NCBI GenBank assembly: GCA_964016885.1
Contig: OZ024744.1
Coordinates: forward strand, 112,592,001 to 112,656,000
DNA from: Eledone cirrhosa
Taxonomy: Eukaryota
DNA length: 64,000 nt
Direction of reading: 5' to 3'
Of the stretch, positions 12,298-24,020 are shown piece after piece. Under the pieces are notes generated by a model, which was given only the letters and a program-made list of their open reading frames with translations, searched no databases and was not told the origin of the DNA. Every line of letters starts with the position of its first letter. Within the stretch, counting starts at the first letter, position 1. The translations under genes were made by a program, and so were the position numbers.

Positions 12298-15200
12298 ATA
12301 ATGTTTTCTTTATTAACCACAAGGGTTTACATAAAGTAGACATTAAGGACAGTACAGGACAATACAGGACGGTACAAATGGGCATTTCTGCGTGTAAAAA
12401 ACAAAAACAGAGGGTGTAACAAAAATAACAATGAAAAATTCCCCAATAGGGGGGAGACTTCGGAGGGACATTTGTGTAAAAAGCCACAATGACCCTGACC
12501 ACCAAGGCAAGTGCCCTCTCCCAGTTTTCCACCTTTAATTTACAGATATATACTCAGAGTAGGCCCATTCACTCGGGCCATTCTTGCTTCTCTCACCCAT
12601 CTTTCAACAAAATGCTGAGAAGAGAGCACTTCCCTCTCTACTCTGATTTTCCTTTTCAAATGAAATTTTAAAAAGTCAATCAGGGCATCACCGAAGAGGT
12701 AAGTGCTCGTCTTCAGCCCTTTCAAACGTGTCCACCATACTATCTCTTTCGCCATGGCCACCAGACAGATAAAAACTACCTGCCCTTCCCGGCTAAAGGA
12801 GGAGGGCGGGGCAATCCTCACGATGAACTCAGATGATAGCCGGATCCGTCCTAAACGCGACAGCAGGTGTTCGACATAAACCCACAAATCAGCAATTTTC
12901 GGACACTGGACGAGTGCGTGCAGGACGGTTTCGTCGCCCTGCGCGCATCTCGGACATGCCCGGCTGACGGCACCTCCATGCCTGTAGAGTTTATCCCGAA
13001 CTGGCAAGGCTCCTCGGTAGCACTGCCAGGCCAGAGATTTCTGGAAGTTGTCCATAGGCCCTGGCACGAAAGTTCTTCCGAAGAGATTGGCTAGTTGATT
13101 TTCGTCGACGCCTAGAGTTTCCCCAAGTACGTCGTCGCTCTTCCCCTCCACTAATCCTCTATAGAACGCCGAGGTGGAGTTTCCACCGATCACATTGCCC
13201 GATTGGTCGAGGGCTGTGAGCGCCTGAAGACATTCCAGTCTCCAGGCGCTCCCTCTCGGTCTTCGCTTGACCCAGGACTGCAGCTCCGTCAAGGAAACGA
13301 GCTGGGGAAATACGTGTCTAGCAAACGGCGACCACACCTGATCACCGTCGAGGAAGAGGTGGAGATGTCGTAGCTTGAGCGCGTGCCTGCGTATCATCAG
13401 CCACGGCATGCCCAGCCCTCCACGTAGCGGATGTTGACAACAGATGGACCGCCTGACCATCGGAGCGCGTCCCTTCCACAAAAAGCGAAAGAGCAAACGC
13501 TCCAGCGCAGTCAGGTGAGGCTTAGGACAAGGTACGACGGTCAGGCGATAGCAGATGACAGACGCGATGTACGCGTTAGCCACCTCCGCTCGACCTTTCA
13601 GGGATAGCTTCCTCTCCGCCCATTTCTGGGTGAGAGAAGCCACCCTGCTCGTCACCTCGTCCCAGTTTTTGTCCGTCTGGAGGTCCGGACCGAACCAGAC
13701 CCCTAGCAATTTAACCGGTCCGTCCGTCCAGCGTCCGACGACGTTGTTGGACGGCATGGACCTGCCTCTCCAGGTGCCGAGCTGCAGGCCCACTGACTTT
13801 TCCTGGTTGATCATTGCTCCTGTCACCGCTTCGTATTCTCTTAGTGTAGTGCCGATCGCCTCGATGTGTTTGGCGTTCGACACCACTACGGTGACATCGT
13901 CCGCATATGCTGACACGGATCTTCCGCATCCTAGTTAGCGCGGGTTTGTGCAGTAATGGCTCGAGAGTCAATACGTACAAGAGGGACGAGAGGGGACATC
14001 CTTGGCGGACCGAGCGCATGATGTTGAACGGTTCCGACAGGTGACCGTTCACTCTCACCACAGAGCAGATGTCGCTGTGCATGGCAGCGATCCAGCCTCT
14101 GAAGACGGGCCCAAAGCCAGCCGCCCTCAGGACTGCCGCTAGGTAACGATGGTCGACCCTATCGAAAGCTTTCGACTGATCTAAATTGATCAAGGACCCA
14201 CCCGTGCCAGGTTCCCTAGCTACCCTCTCTACGATGTATCGCATGAGGTGGAGGTTGTCGTGGATGGATCTGTCGGGAATGGCGCATGTCTGCGCCTCTC
14301 CCACCAGACCACCAACGACAAGCGCCAACCTCTTTGCTAGCACCTTGGCCAAAATCTTGAACTCTGTGTTTAGTAGAGTTATGGGCCGGAAATTATCTAT
14401 GTTATCCCCCTTGTTCGGCGGATCCTTTCTCAGCAGTGCCACCGCTCCTCGGCTCACAGAACTGGCAATTCTCCCGTTCTGTTGCCAGTTGCAGTAGACG
14501 TCCGCCAAGAGGCCTCCGAACAAGTCTGGCATCTGTACGTAAAGTTCATAGGGCCGACCATCCAAACCAGGCGATTTACCCCTTGTGCAGCCAGTCATTG
14601 CCTCCCTTACTTCAGCGGCTGTTATCGGCTTTTCGCAACACCTCGCCTCAGTGGCCGAGAGCCGCGGCAGTCCGTCGAGGTAGACACTAAAGTCTATCCC
14701 TCGACCCAGCCCACGGCTGCCCCCGAACAGCTGAGCGAAGTGTCGCAGAAAAGCTTCACACATTTGCCCGGGATCGAGTAGCATGCGCCCGTCGTGGTCC
14801 ACCAAAGAGCGGATCGTGGCTTTGTTGCCACGACGCGCCTCCGCCACTCGGGCCCATTGAACGGCTTTCGGGTCCTCGTCTATGAAGCCTATCTAAGTGA
14901 AGCACACAGATCACGAATGTGTGGTCCGTGTGGCTGACTATCTTGAATTGTGGACATCCTATGCTAGACCTATCTATTTCCCTACAAAATACTCTATCTA
15001 GATATGATCTGGATGACCCTATGCGATTTGTCCAAGTCCACATTGGCACATTCGGGAAATCCAATCGGTACCTGTCAGACAGTTCAAAACGCCTGAGCAG
15101 GTTGGTGAGGCTCTTGCACCCTCCACCCCTATCCGCTAATCCCACACAGTCCCAGCGTGCATCTAAGATCCCGTTCCAGTCGCCCACTAACACTAAAGAG

Positions 15201-17949
15201 CGGGACGTTCCAAGAAAGGTCTCCAGACGCCGGAAGAAATCAGGCCGCCCTGCTCCTGTCGGGGCATAGAAGGCCACTAGCCTGAAAGCTTGCCCGTCTC
15301 CGCTGGTCACGTCCAGCACCACCAGCTTACCCTCTGGGTCCAGGAAGATGGCTCGTATGGCGAGATCCAAACCTCTCCGAAAAAGCACAGCAACTCCTCC
15401 CCCCGATCCAGGACGGCTGGGAGATGCGTACACATCGTAGCCGCCGAAGATAGGTGCGAAGGCCCGTGCTTCGGAGATTCTGGTCTCGCTGGTGGCCACT
15501 ACATCTATGTTTAGTGACCTGAGGTCGTTGAGCAGGTGACCCTGCTTCCATGACGACCCCAAGCCACGCGCATTTATGCTGCCTATTCTGAGTGAGGTCA
15601 TGTTTAAAATAGAGTGGAAAAGATGGGAAAGACCACTTACCGTACTTTTCGTAGAGGAGGGATGGTTTTTACATCCCTTTTCACTTGATCGTCTGGTGAA
15701 GGGACCGTTGAATCGTCCCTTCGGCTGGTCGTCGGCTCTTCTATGAGTATGGCCGAATATACTCTTCGATTGATAGTTCCTCCTAGGTCCCTGAAATCAC
15801 CAACTGCGTTGGGGAATTTCGTTTTAATGTTTGTGTATTGTTTCTGTGCTATTTTTAGCAGTCTTATGTTATTTGGCGTTTTGATTGGTGCTGGTATTAT
15901 GTAGTCGTATTGTGAAATGTCTGTGTGTTCAATTATGTAAGTCATTGGTTTCTTGTTGTGTGTATTTATTGCCGTGCATTTGTTTTTCTGGGGGTGGGGT
16001 GTGGTTCTGCTATTTTCTTGACGTTGTTGCTGGGTGTGTGTGTTTGGTTGTTGTGTTTGCGATGTTGGTGCTTGTGATGGTGGTGTTGAAGGTGTTGTTG
16101 GCGGTGGGGTTGTCGCCGGTGGTGATGGTGGTGCTAGTGTGGGTGGTAATGGTGTTGGTGGTGTTGCTGCTGTGAGTCTCTTTGCAGTAGACTTTACCTT
16201 TTTCTCATTTCTTTCCTCCCTTTTCAAAGGCGACGATGCGCTGCTTCTGCGTTCGTGCCTTCTTACGACCTTTTGCCATCTCTCTCCCACCTCACACTCC
16301 ATGTCCGATTCTGTGAGGTCGGGGAGGGGTACCAGCTCCACTCTTTCATTTGTTGTTGTTGGTGATGTTTGCACTGGAGTCTCTGTTGCAGCTGCATTTA
16401 GTATTGCTGTTGTTGTTGTTAATATTTCCACTGCTGCTGCTGCTGTTTTTGATTTCCGTGGCGTGGGTATGGGTGCCACGGACCTATTGTTCCTGGTTGC
16501 CGCTTTTCCTGTTGCTGGTAGCCGTGGAGCCGGTTTCGGAAGGAGGGGGGTTTTCTCCTTTCTCAGGGTCTTCTCGTTGCAGAAGGCCCTGAGGTGAGTC
16601 TTCGATCCACAGCGAAAGCAATTCGGGCGTTTGCCCTCAACACTTATGGGCAGTTGAGTGCCGTTATCGAAGTCTATCACATCCGGGATAGCTTCGATGC
16701 ACTCCTGGTTGGTTTGGATTAGCATCTCAATGGAGATGCCGACCCAATCTTCTCTTACTTTTTTTCTGTACTTGCAGTACAGTTGTTTTGTCCTCGATTC
16801 CGACGAGGACAGACGCGGCCAGCCAAGAAGGGGCCATCCGGGGGGGGGGGTCAGTTTGACCCTCACAATTTTTTGCCCGCAGTAGGAAGGCACCAACACC
16901 ATTTCCTCGCTCCTTAGGGTCACTACGGATTGAGCCTTTGCCTCCTGGGGTGTGGCAAAAAGTACCTCTACGGTGGCATATTTTTTGCCTCGGGTGATGT
17001 GCGTTTTCCGCTGCCACACAGACCCCAAGGCTTTTTGTATTTGAGCCTCTGTGGCTCTTTCAACCCTACGGGATTTTGTACTTACTGTACGGTACGTGAC
17101 CGTACAGTGCTGTTGGGTTTCGAAAAAATTTTGCGCTGCCTTGCAGATTGCTCGGTGTCCAGTCTTTGTCACCATCTTCTTCGCTTCCTCTAATTCCTCA
17201 TTTGTTATGAGGATTGTTTCCAGGTTTTTCGCAATACCTGCAAATGAGATTGCTTTTTCTTTGCTGCTGTTGTTGTTGTTGTCGTCAGAGCTGCTGTTAC
17301 TTTTGTTGTTGCTGCAGGTACTACGACTACTGCCTCCGCCGCTGTTGCTGTGGTTGTTGTTGGTGTTGCTGCTGCTAATGCTGTTGTTGTTTATGCTGCT
17401 GGTGATGCTGTTGCGGCTGCTACTGTTGTTTTCATTGTCACTGTTGCTGTTGTTATTGCGGCTGCTACTGCTATTATTCCTGACGTCAGACGAATGAACT
17501 GGGTTTTCGTATTTCCCGCACACCTGTTTCGTCGTTGTCGTCGTGGAGAAATCTTGCACGCTTTGCACGAGACTTTTCTTTTCTTTCGTCGCTTGCGAAA
17601 GAGAAGGGAGGGCGAGAGACAGATTTAAAGAAGGGAGGGAGAGAGACAATCTTCTCTCTGCTGTAGTGATGATTGAGGAAGAAGAAGACGGAATGAGTGA
17701 GAGGGACCTATGAAAATTCTTTTTCGTAGCCATGTTGTTTTTTTTGTTTAAAATAAATATTGGGCACAAAACCCCAATAAGCAGTTATTTAACCCCGAAG
17801 GGCCAAATAACGGGCAGAAAGACCCCTCTTACGAGGAGGAGGGTGTTTTTGTCTACAAGTTCGTTAAAGTTTTAAACAATTTACAATTGTTATAGCGTTC
17901 AAAATTTACAATACCTTACAGAGCCGAGCCTCCGTCAACCATAGCATTC
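12298..17949 (-). mobile_element. Tx1-like LINE family C copy 1, both ends present, ORF2 with internal deletions
   Basis: ORF1 15637-17769; ORF2 pieces 14756-15601 (APE), 13711-14847 (RT), 12540-13916 (YADD, zinc finger). Lacks ~350 bp near 14870 relative to copy 2. Confidence 0.93.
15637..17769 (-). CDS. Tx1-C ORF1 protein (poly-S/N region, putative RNA-binding core, CCHC knuckle, Pro/Thr-rich tail)
   Basis: 710-aa open frame with CFRCGSKTHLRAFC (Cx2Cx4Hx4C). A short compensated frameshift near 16800-16850 is seen relative to copy 2. Likely start is MATKK. Confidence 0.8.
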   Translation of the reverse strand: MCPIFILNKKNNMATKKNFHRSLSLIPSSSSSIITTAERRLSLSLPSLNLSLALPSLSQATKEKKSLVQSVQDFSTTTTTKQVCGKYENPVHSSDVRNNSSSSRNNNSNSDNENNSSSRNSITSSINNNSISSSNTNNNHSNSGGGSSRSTCSNNKSNSSSDDNNNNSSKEKAISFAGIAKNLETILITNEELEEAKKMVTKTGHRAICKAAQNFFETQQHCTVTYRTVSTKSRRVERATEAQIQKALGSVWQRKTHITRGKKYATVEVLFATPQEAKAQSVVTLRSEEMVLVPSYCGQKIVRVKLTPPPGWPLLGWPRLSSSESRTKQLYCKYRKKVREDWVGISIEMLIQTNQECIEAIPDVIDFDNGTQLPISVEGKRPNCFRCGSKTHLRAFCNEKTLRKEKTPLLPKPAPRLPATGKAATRNNRSVAPIPTPRKSKTAAAAVEILTTTTAILNAAATETPVQTSPTTTNERVELVPLPDLTESDMECEVGERWQKVVRRHERRSSASSPLKREERNEKKVKSTAKRLTAATPPTPLPPTLAPPSPPATTPPPTTPSTPPSQAPTSQTQQPNTHTQQQRQENSRTTPHPQKNKCTAINTHNKKPMTYIIEHTDISQYDYIIPAPIKTPNNIRLLKIAQKQYTNIKTKFPNAVGDFRDLGGTINRRVYSAILIEEPTTSRRDDSTVPSPDDQVKRDVKTIPPLRKVR

Positions 17950-17970
17950 AATAATAATAATAATAATAAT

Positions 17971-19085
17971 GTTTTTATTTATTAGCCACAAGGGCCGACA
18001 TGTAGGGGACAATACAAAGACAGGGACAGTGGGGGGTCTACAATAAGGTCGAGTAAAAGTGCACAATGGCAAGACTAATTTAACAATGAAGATATACAAA
18101 ATACAAAATAAACTATTCATAAATATAACAAAATAGATTCCCCGATAGGGGGTGGACGACCCTGGGGTGACTCGGGTACCCCACCAATCCTGAACCACCC
18201 TGCGCTTCTAGGGCACCCAGGGAGAGCACCCCTCTCCTCAAGTTAGCCAGCCTATAGGCGCATGGTCAGAGTAGGCCCATTCACACGAGCCATTCTCTCC
18301 ACATTCACCCACCTTTTAGCAAATGTACTGGGGGGCAGCACTTCTCTCTCCACCCTCACCTTCCTTTCCAGGTGAAACTTGAAGAAGTTGATGAGGGATT
18401 GGCCGAAGAGAAAAGTGTCTAATGCACGGACATTGGGCAAATGTGTGCAGAACGGTTTCGTCGCTCTGTGCGCATCTTGGGCAGGTCCGTCTGACAGCAC
18501 TTTCGTGCCTGTAGAGTTTATCCCGAACCGGCAGTGCCCCCCCGGTAGCACTGCGAAGCGAGGGATTTCTGGAAATTGTCCATCGTCCCCGGTTCGAAAG
18601 TCCTCCGGTACAGACTGGTCAGTTCAACTTCGTCGAGGCCCAAAGCTTCTCCGAGTGCGTCATCGCACTTGCCCACCACTAACCCTCTATAGAACTCGAG
18701 AGTGGAAGTTCCACTGATCGCATTGCCCGCTTGGTAGAGGGCAGGGAGTGCCTGGTAACATTCCAGGTGCCAGTCACCCAGTCTCGGTCACTTCTTGACA
18801 CAGGATTGCAGCTCAGTCAAAGAAACGAGCTGTCTGATAAACGGTGACCACACCTGTTCACCGTTTAGGCAGAATATCTGGAGATGTCGCAGCCTCAACG
18901 CATGTATGCGCATCATTAACCACGGCATGCCCAGCCCTCCGCGTAGAGGGAGCTGGCAGCAGATGGACCGCCTCACCAACGGAACTTGTCCCCTCCACAA
19001 GAATTTGAAGAGGAGACTTTTCAACTTGACGAGGGCGGACGGGAGCAAGGCACGACGGTCAGGCGGTAGTAGATGACGGACGCGA
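17971..19085 (-). mobile_element. Tx1-A 3' fragment
   Basis: Reverse complement of ~5086-6395 with internal deletions; preceded by (AAT)n 17950-17970. Confidence 0.9.
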
Positions 19086-22000
19086 TAATGATTTCTTTAC
19101 TGGCCACAAGGGCTGACATCAAGAAAAACATTACAGACGGTACAGGACGGTACGATGTGGATTTTGTTCGTGTAAAGGTTTTTATTATTTATATAAGAAA
19201 AGAAAAAGAAAAAGAAAAAGGACATAGAAACATATATATATATAAACAATAAAAATGAAAATTGAAACAATGAAAAATTCCCCAATAGGGGGGAAACCTC
19301 CGAGGGTTACTCGTGGCGAAAACCACACAAAAGACCACGGCCACCCTGACCACCAGGGCAAGCGCCCTCTCTCAGTTTTTCCATTTCTCAAACTACAGAC
19401 GTATATTCAGAGCGGTCCCGTTCACTCGGACCATTCTCGCTACATTCACCCACCTTTCAACAAACTTGCTAGAAGGCAGCACTTGCCTCTCCACCCTGAT
19501 TTTCCTCTTCAAGTGAAACTTGAAAAAGCTAATTAGGGATTCGTCGAAGAGGAAAGTGTCTGTCTTTAACACATTCACCCTTGTCTACCACACAATCTCT
19601 TTCGCCATGGCAACCAGGTAGATGAAAATGGCCTGCCCTTCCTCCTCGAAGGAAGACGGCGAGACCATCTGCACAATGGACTCAGTCGATAACCGGATCA
19701 GTCCTACACGCGACAGCAACTGTCCGACATAGCTCCACAAGTCAGCAATGCTCGGACACTGAACGAGTGCGTGCACGACGGTTTCGTCGCTCTACGCGCA
19801 TCTTGGACAGACTCGGCTGACGGCACTTCCGTGCCTGTAGAGCTTATCTCGAACCGGCAGCGCTCCCCGGTAGCACTGCCAGGCCAGGAATTTTGGGAAG
19901 TTATCCATAGGCCCTGGGCTGAAAGTTCTCCGGAAGAGAGCAAACAGCTGATCTTCGACACCCAGGATCTCTCCGAGAACGTCGTCGCTCTTCCCCTCCA
20001 CTAGTCCTCTATAGAACGATACTGGTGCCCAGAAAGGAAGGTGAGGGTGGAGAGAGTAGTGCTTCCCCCCAGTACATTTGCTAAAAGGTGGGTGAATGTG
20101 GCGGAATGGCTCGTGTGAATGGGCCTACTCTGACCATGCGCCTATAGGCAGGCTCACAAAACTAGGAGTGCTCCCGTTCTGCTGCCAGTTGCAGTAGACG
20201 TCTGCCAAGAGGTCACCGAACAAGTCTGGCATAAATGCATAAAGCTCGTAGGGCAGACCATCCAAACCTGGCGATTTACCCCTCGTGCAGTTATCCATCG
20301 CTTCCCGTATTTCACCGGCTGTTATTAGCTTTTCACAACACTCTGTTGCGGTCGTCGAAAGCAGAGGCAGTTCGTCTAAGTATGCACTAAGACAATGCCC
20401 CGATCCGGCCTGCCGCTGCTCCCGAACAGTTCAGCAAAGTGCTGCTGAAAATCTTCACACATTTGCTCGGGTTCGAGCAACACGGGCCCGTTTTGGTCAG
20501 ATAAAAACCGAACTGTGGCTTTGTTACCACGTCGGGCCTCTGCCACCCGGGCCCATTGGACGGCTTTTGTCCCCTCGTGTTTCAGAGCACGCGCTATAGC
20601 TCTGACAACGCAGCCTTCGTGTTTTGCGTTGAAGAATTGGTCGAGTACCAATCTCGCCGCAAGCACGTCGGTTGCGATGCCTGTCCTAAACGCCTCTTCT
20701 AGATTCTGACTAGCTCTCCCTCTACTCTATTTTTCTCTATCACTAGTCCTTTGCTAAACCTAATCGACACTACTTTAATTGCCCTTTTCAGGGCGAACCA
20801 CCACCTGTTGTTGACGACCGCTCCCGTCAACGCCCGCTTAACTAATACGCTAATCCGGTCTCTGTAGGCTTTGCGCGCCGGGAAAGACGCGTTCAGCTTC
20901 CAGTAACCGGCTCCTTCTCTATGAAGTCTGTCTATGTCGATCTCACAGATCACACATTTGTGGTCTGTGTAGTCGACTATTTTAAATTGTGGACAACTTA
21001 TACTAGCCTTATCTAGTTCTCTGCAGAATACCCTATCTAGATACGATCTGGATGACCCGATGCGGTTTGTCCGTGTCCACATTGGCACATTCGGGTGGTC
21101 CAGTCAATACCTGTCAGACAGTTCAAAACGTCTGAGCAGGTTGGTCAGGCTCTTACACCCTCCTCCCCTATCCACTAGCCCCACACAATCCCAGCGTGCA
21201 TCCAAGATACCGTTCCAGTCGCCCACTAACACTAAAGAGCGGGACGTACCAAGATAGGTCTAGACGTCTGAAGAAATCTGGCCGTCCTGTCCCTGTCGGG
21301 ACATAGACGGCTACTAGCCTGAAAGCGTTGTCTTCGGTGCCGCTTACGTCCAGCACCACCGACTTACTTTCTGGGTCCAGGAAGATGGTCCGTATGGCGA
21401 GACCCAAGCCTTTCCGAAACAACACAGCAACTCCGCCCCCCGCTCCCGGACGGCTCGGAGATGAGTACCTCGTAACCGTCGAAGATCGGTGCGAAAGCTT
21501 GCGTTTCGGAGATTCTCGTCTCGCTGATGGCCGCCACATCTGCTTCCAAACCGAGCTCAAGCCACGCACGTTTACACTTCCGATCCTGAATACGGCCATG
21601 TTGGGTGAGGAACGGGGCAAGTGAGAAAGGATCACTTACCTTGATCGTCTGGTGAAGGGACCGTTGAACTGTCCCTTCGGCTGATCGTCGACTCTTCTGT
21701 GAGTATATTCGAGTATACTCTACGGTTGAGTGTTCCTCCTAGGTCTCTGAAATCACCAACTGCGTTGGGGAATTTCATTTCAATGTTAGTGTATTGTTTC
21801 TATAATATTCTTACCAGTCTTATGTTCGTTGGTGTTTTGATTGGTGCTGGTATTATGTAGTCGTGTTGTGAAATGTCTGTGTTCAATTATATAAGTCATT
21901 AGTTTCTTGTTGCTTGTATTTATTGCTGTGCAATTCTTTTTTGAGAGGTGGGGTGTGGTTTTGCTATTTTCTTGTCGTTGTTGCTGGGTGTGTATATTTT

Positions 22001-23979
22001 GTTATTGTGTTTGCGATGTTGGTGCTTGTGGTGGTGTTGTTGAAGGTGTTGTTGTTAGCGGTGGGGTTGCCGCCGGTGGTGATGGTAGTGCTAGTGTGGG
22101 TGGTGATGGTGTTGGTAGTTTTGCTGCTGTAAGTCTCTTTGCAGTAGCCTTCACCCTTTTTTCATCTCTTCCATCCCTTTTCGAAGGCGACGATGCGCTG
22201 CTTCTGCGTTTGTGCCTTCTTGCGACCTTTTGCCATCCCTCTCCCACCTCACACTCCATGTCCGATTCTGTGAGGTCGGGGAGGGGTACCAGCTCCACTC
22301 TTTCACTTGTTCTTGTTGGTGATGGTTGCAGTGGAGTTTCTGTTGCAGCTGCAGTTGGTTTTACTGTTGTTGTTGTTAATACTTCCACTGCTGCTGCTGT
22401 TCTTGATTTCCGTGGCGTGGGTATGGGTGCCACGGACCTATCCTTGCTGCTTGCCGCCTGTCCTGTTGCTGGTAGCAGTGGAGCCGGTTTCGGAAGGAGG
22501 GGGATTTATTCCTTTCTCAGGGTCTTCTCATTGCAGAAGGCCCTGAGGTGAGTCTTCGACCCACAGCGAAAGCATTTCGGGCGTTTGCCTTCAACACTTA
22601 TAGGAAGTTGAGTGTCGTTATCGAAGTCTATCACATCCGGGATAGCTTCGATGCACTCCTGGTTGGTTTGAATTAACATCTAAATGGAGGCGCCGACCCA
22701 ATCTTCTCGTACTTTTTTCTGTACTTGCAGTACGTTTGTTTTGTCTTTGTCCTCGATTTCGACGAGGACAGACGCGGCCAGCCAAGAAGGGGCCATCCGG
22801 GGGGGGGGGGGGGGGACTTGGGTCAGTTTGTCCCTCACAATTTTTTGACCGCAGTAGGAGGGCACCGACACCATTTCCTAGCTTCTTAGGGTCACTAATG
22901 ATTAAGCCTTTGCTTCCTGGGGTGTGGCAAAAAGCACCTCTACGGTGGCATATTTCTTGCATCGGGTGATATGCGTTTTCCGCTTTCACACAGACCCTAA
23001 GGCTTTTTGTATTTGAGCCCCTGTGGCTCTTTCAACCCTACGTGATTTTGTGCTTACTGTACGGTACGTGACCGTACAGTGCTGTTGGGTTTCGAAATAT
23101 TCTTCGGCTGCCTTGCAGATTGCTCGGTATCCGGTTTTCGTCACCATCTTCTTTGCTTCCTGTAATTCCTCATTTGTTATAAGGATGGTTTCCAGGTTCT
23201 TTGCGATACCTGCAAACGAGATTGGTTTTTCTTTCTTGTTGTTGTTGTCGTCAGTGCTGCTGTTACTTTTGTTGTTGCTGCTGGTACTACGACCGCCGCC
23301 GCCGCTGTTGCTGTTGTTTTTGTTGCTGCTGTTGTTGTCACTGTTGCTGTTGCTGTTGTTGTTGCTGTTGCTGCTACTTCTGTTGTTGTTTATGATGCTG
23401 CTGATGTTGTTGCGGCTGCTACTAGTATTTTCCTCGCCACTGTTGCTGCTGCTGCTGTTATTACGGCTGCTGCTGCTATTCTTCATGACGTCAGACGAAT
23501 GAAATGGCTTTCCGTATTTACTGCACACATCTTTCGTCGTCGCAGAGAAATGTTCTACGGCACGCGCGTTCTCTTGATGAAGAACGCTACAAGAAACTAC
23601 ATTTTTCTTTTTCTTTAATGGCGTCGCTTGCGAAAGACGCGACAGAGGCGACAGTACATTTAGAGAAGAGAGGGAGAGAGACAATCTTTTCTCTGACGTA
23701 ATGACGATTGGGGAAGAAGAAGACGGAAGGAGTGGGAGTGACTTGTGAAAATTCTTTTTCACATGTTTTTTTTACAGTTTAAAATGAATATTGGGCACAA
23801 ATCCCCAACAAATGGTTATTTACCCCCGAAGGGCCAAATAACGGACAGAAAGACCCCTCTCAGGAGGAGGAGGGTGTCTTTATCTAGAATTTGGTTCAAG
23901 TTTTAAACAATTTACAATTGTTATAACGGTTAAAAATTACGATACCCTACAGAGCCGAGCCTCTGTCAACCATGGCATT
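19086..23979 (-). mobile_element. Tx1-like LINE family D copy 1, both ends present, RT core deleted
   Basis: ORF1 pieces 22986-23762 and 22002-22433, APE pieces 20699-21635, own 3' UTR. About 1.2 kb of RT is replaced by an inverted Tx1-A patch. Confidence 0.9.
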
Positions 23980-23980
23980 A

Positions 23981-24019
<39 letters not shown>

Positions 24020-24020
<1 letters not shown>

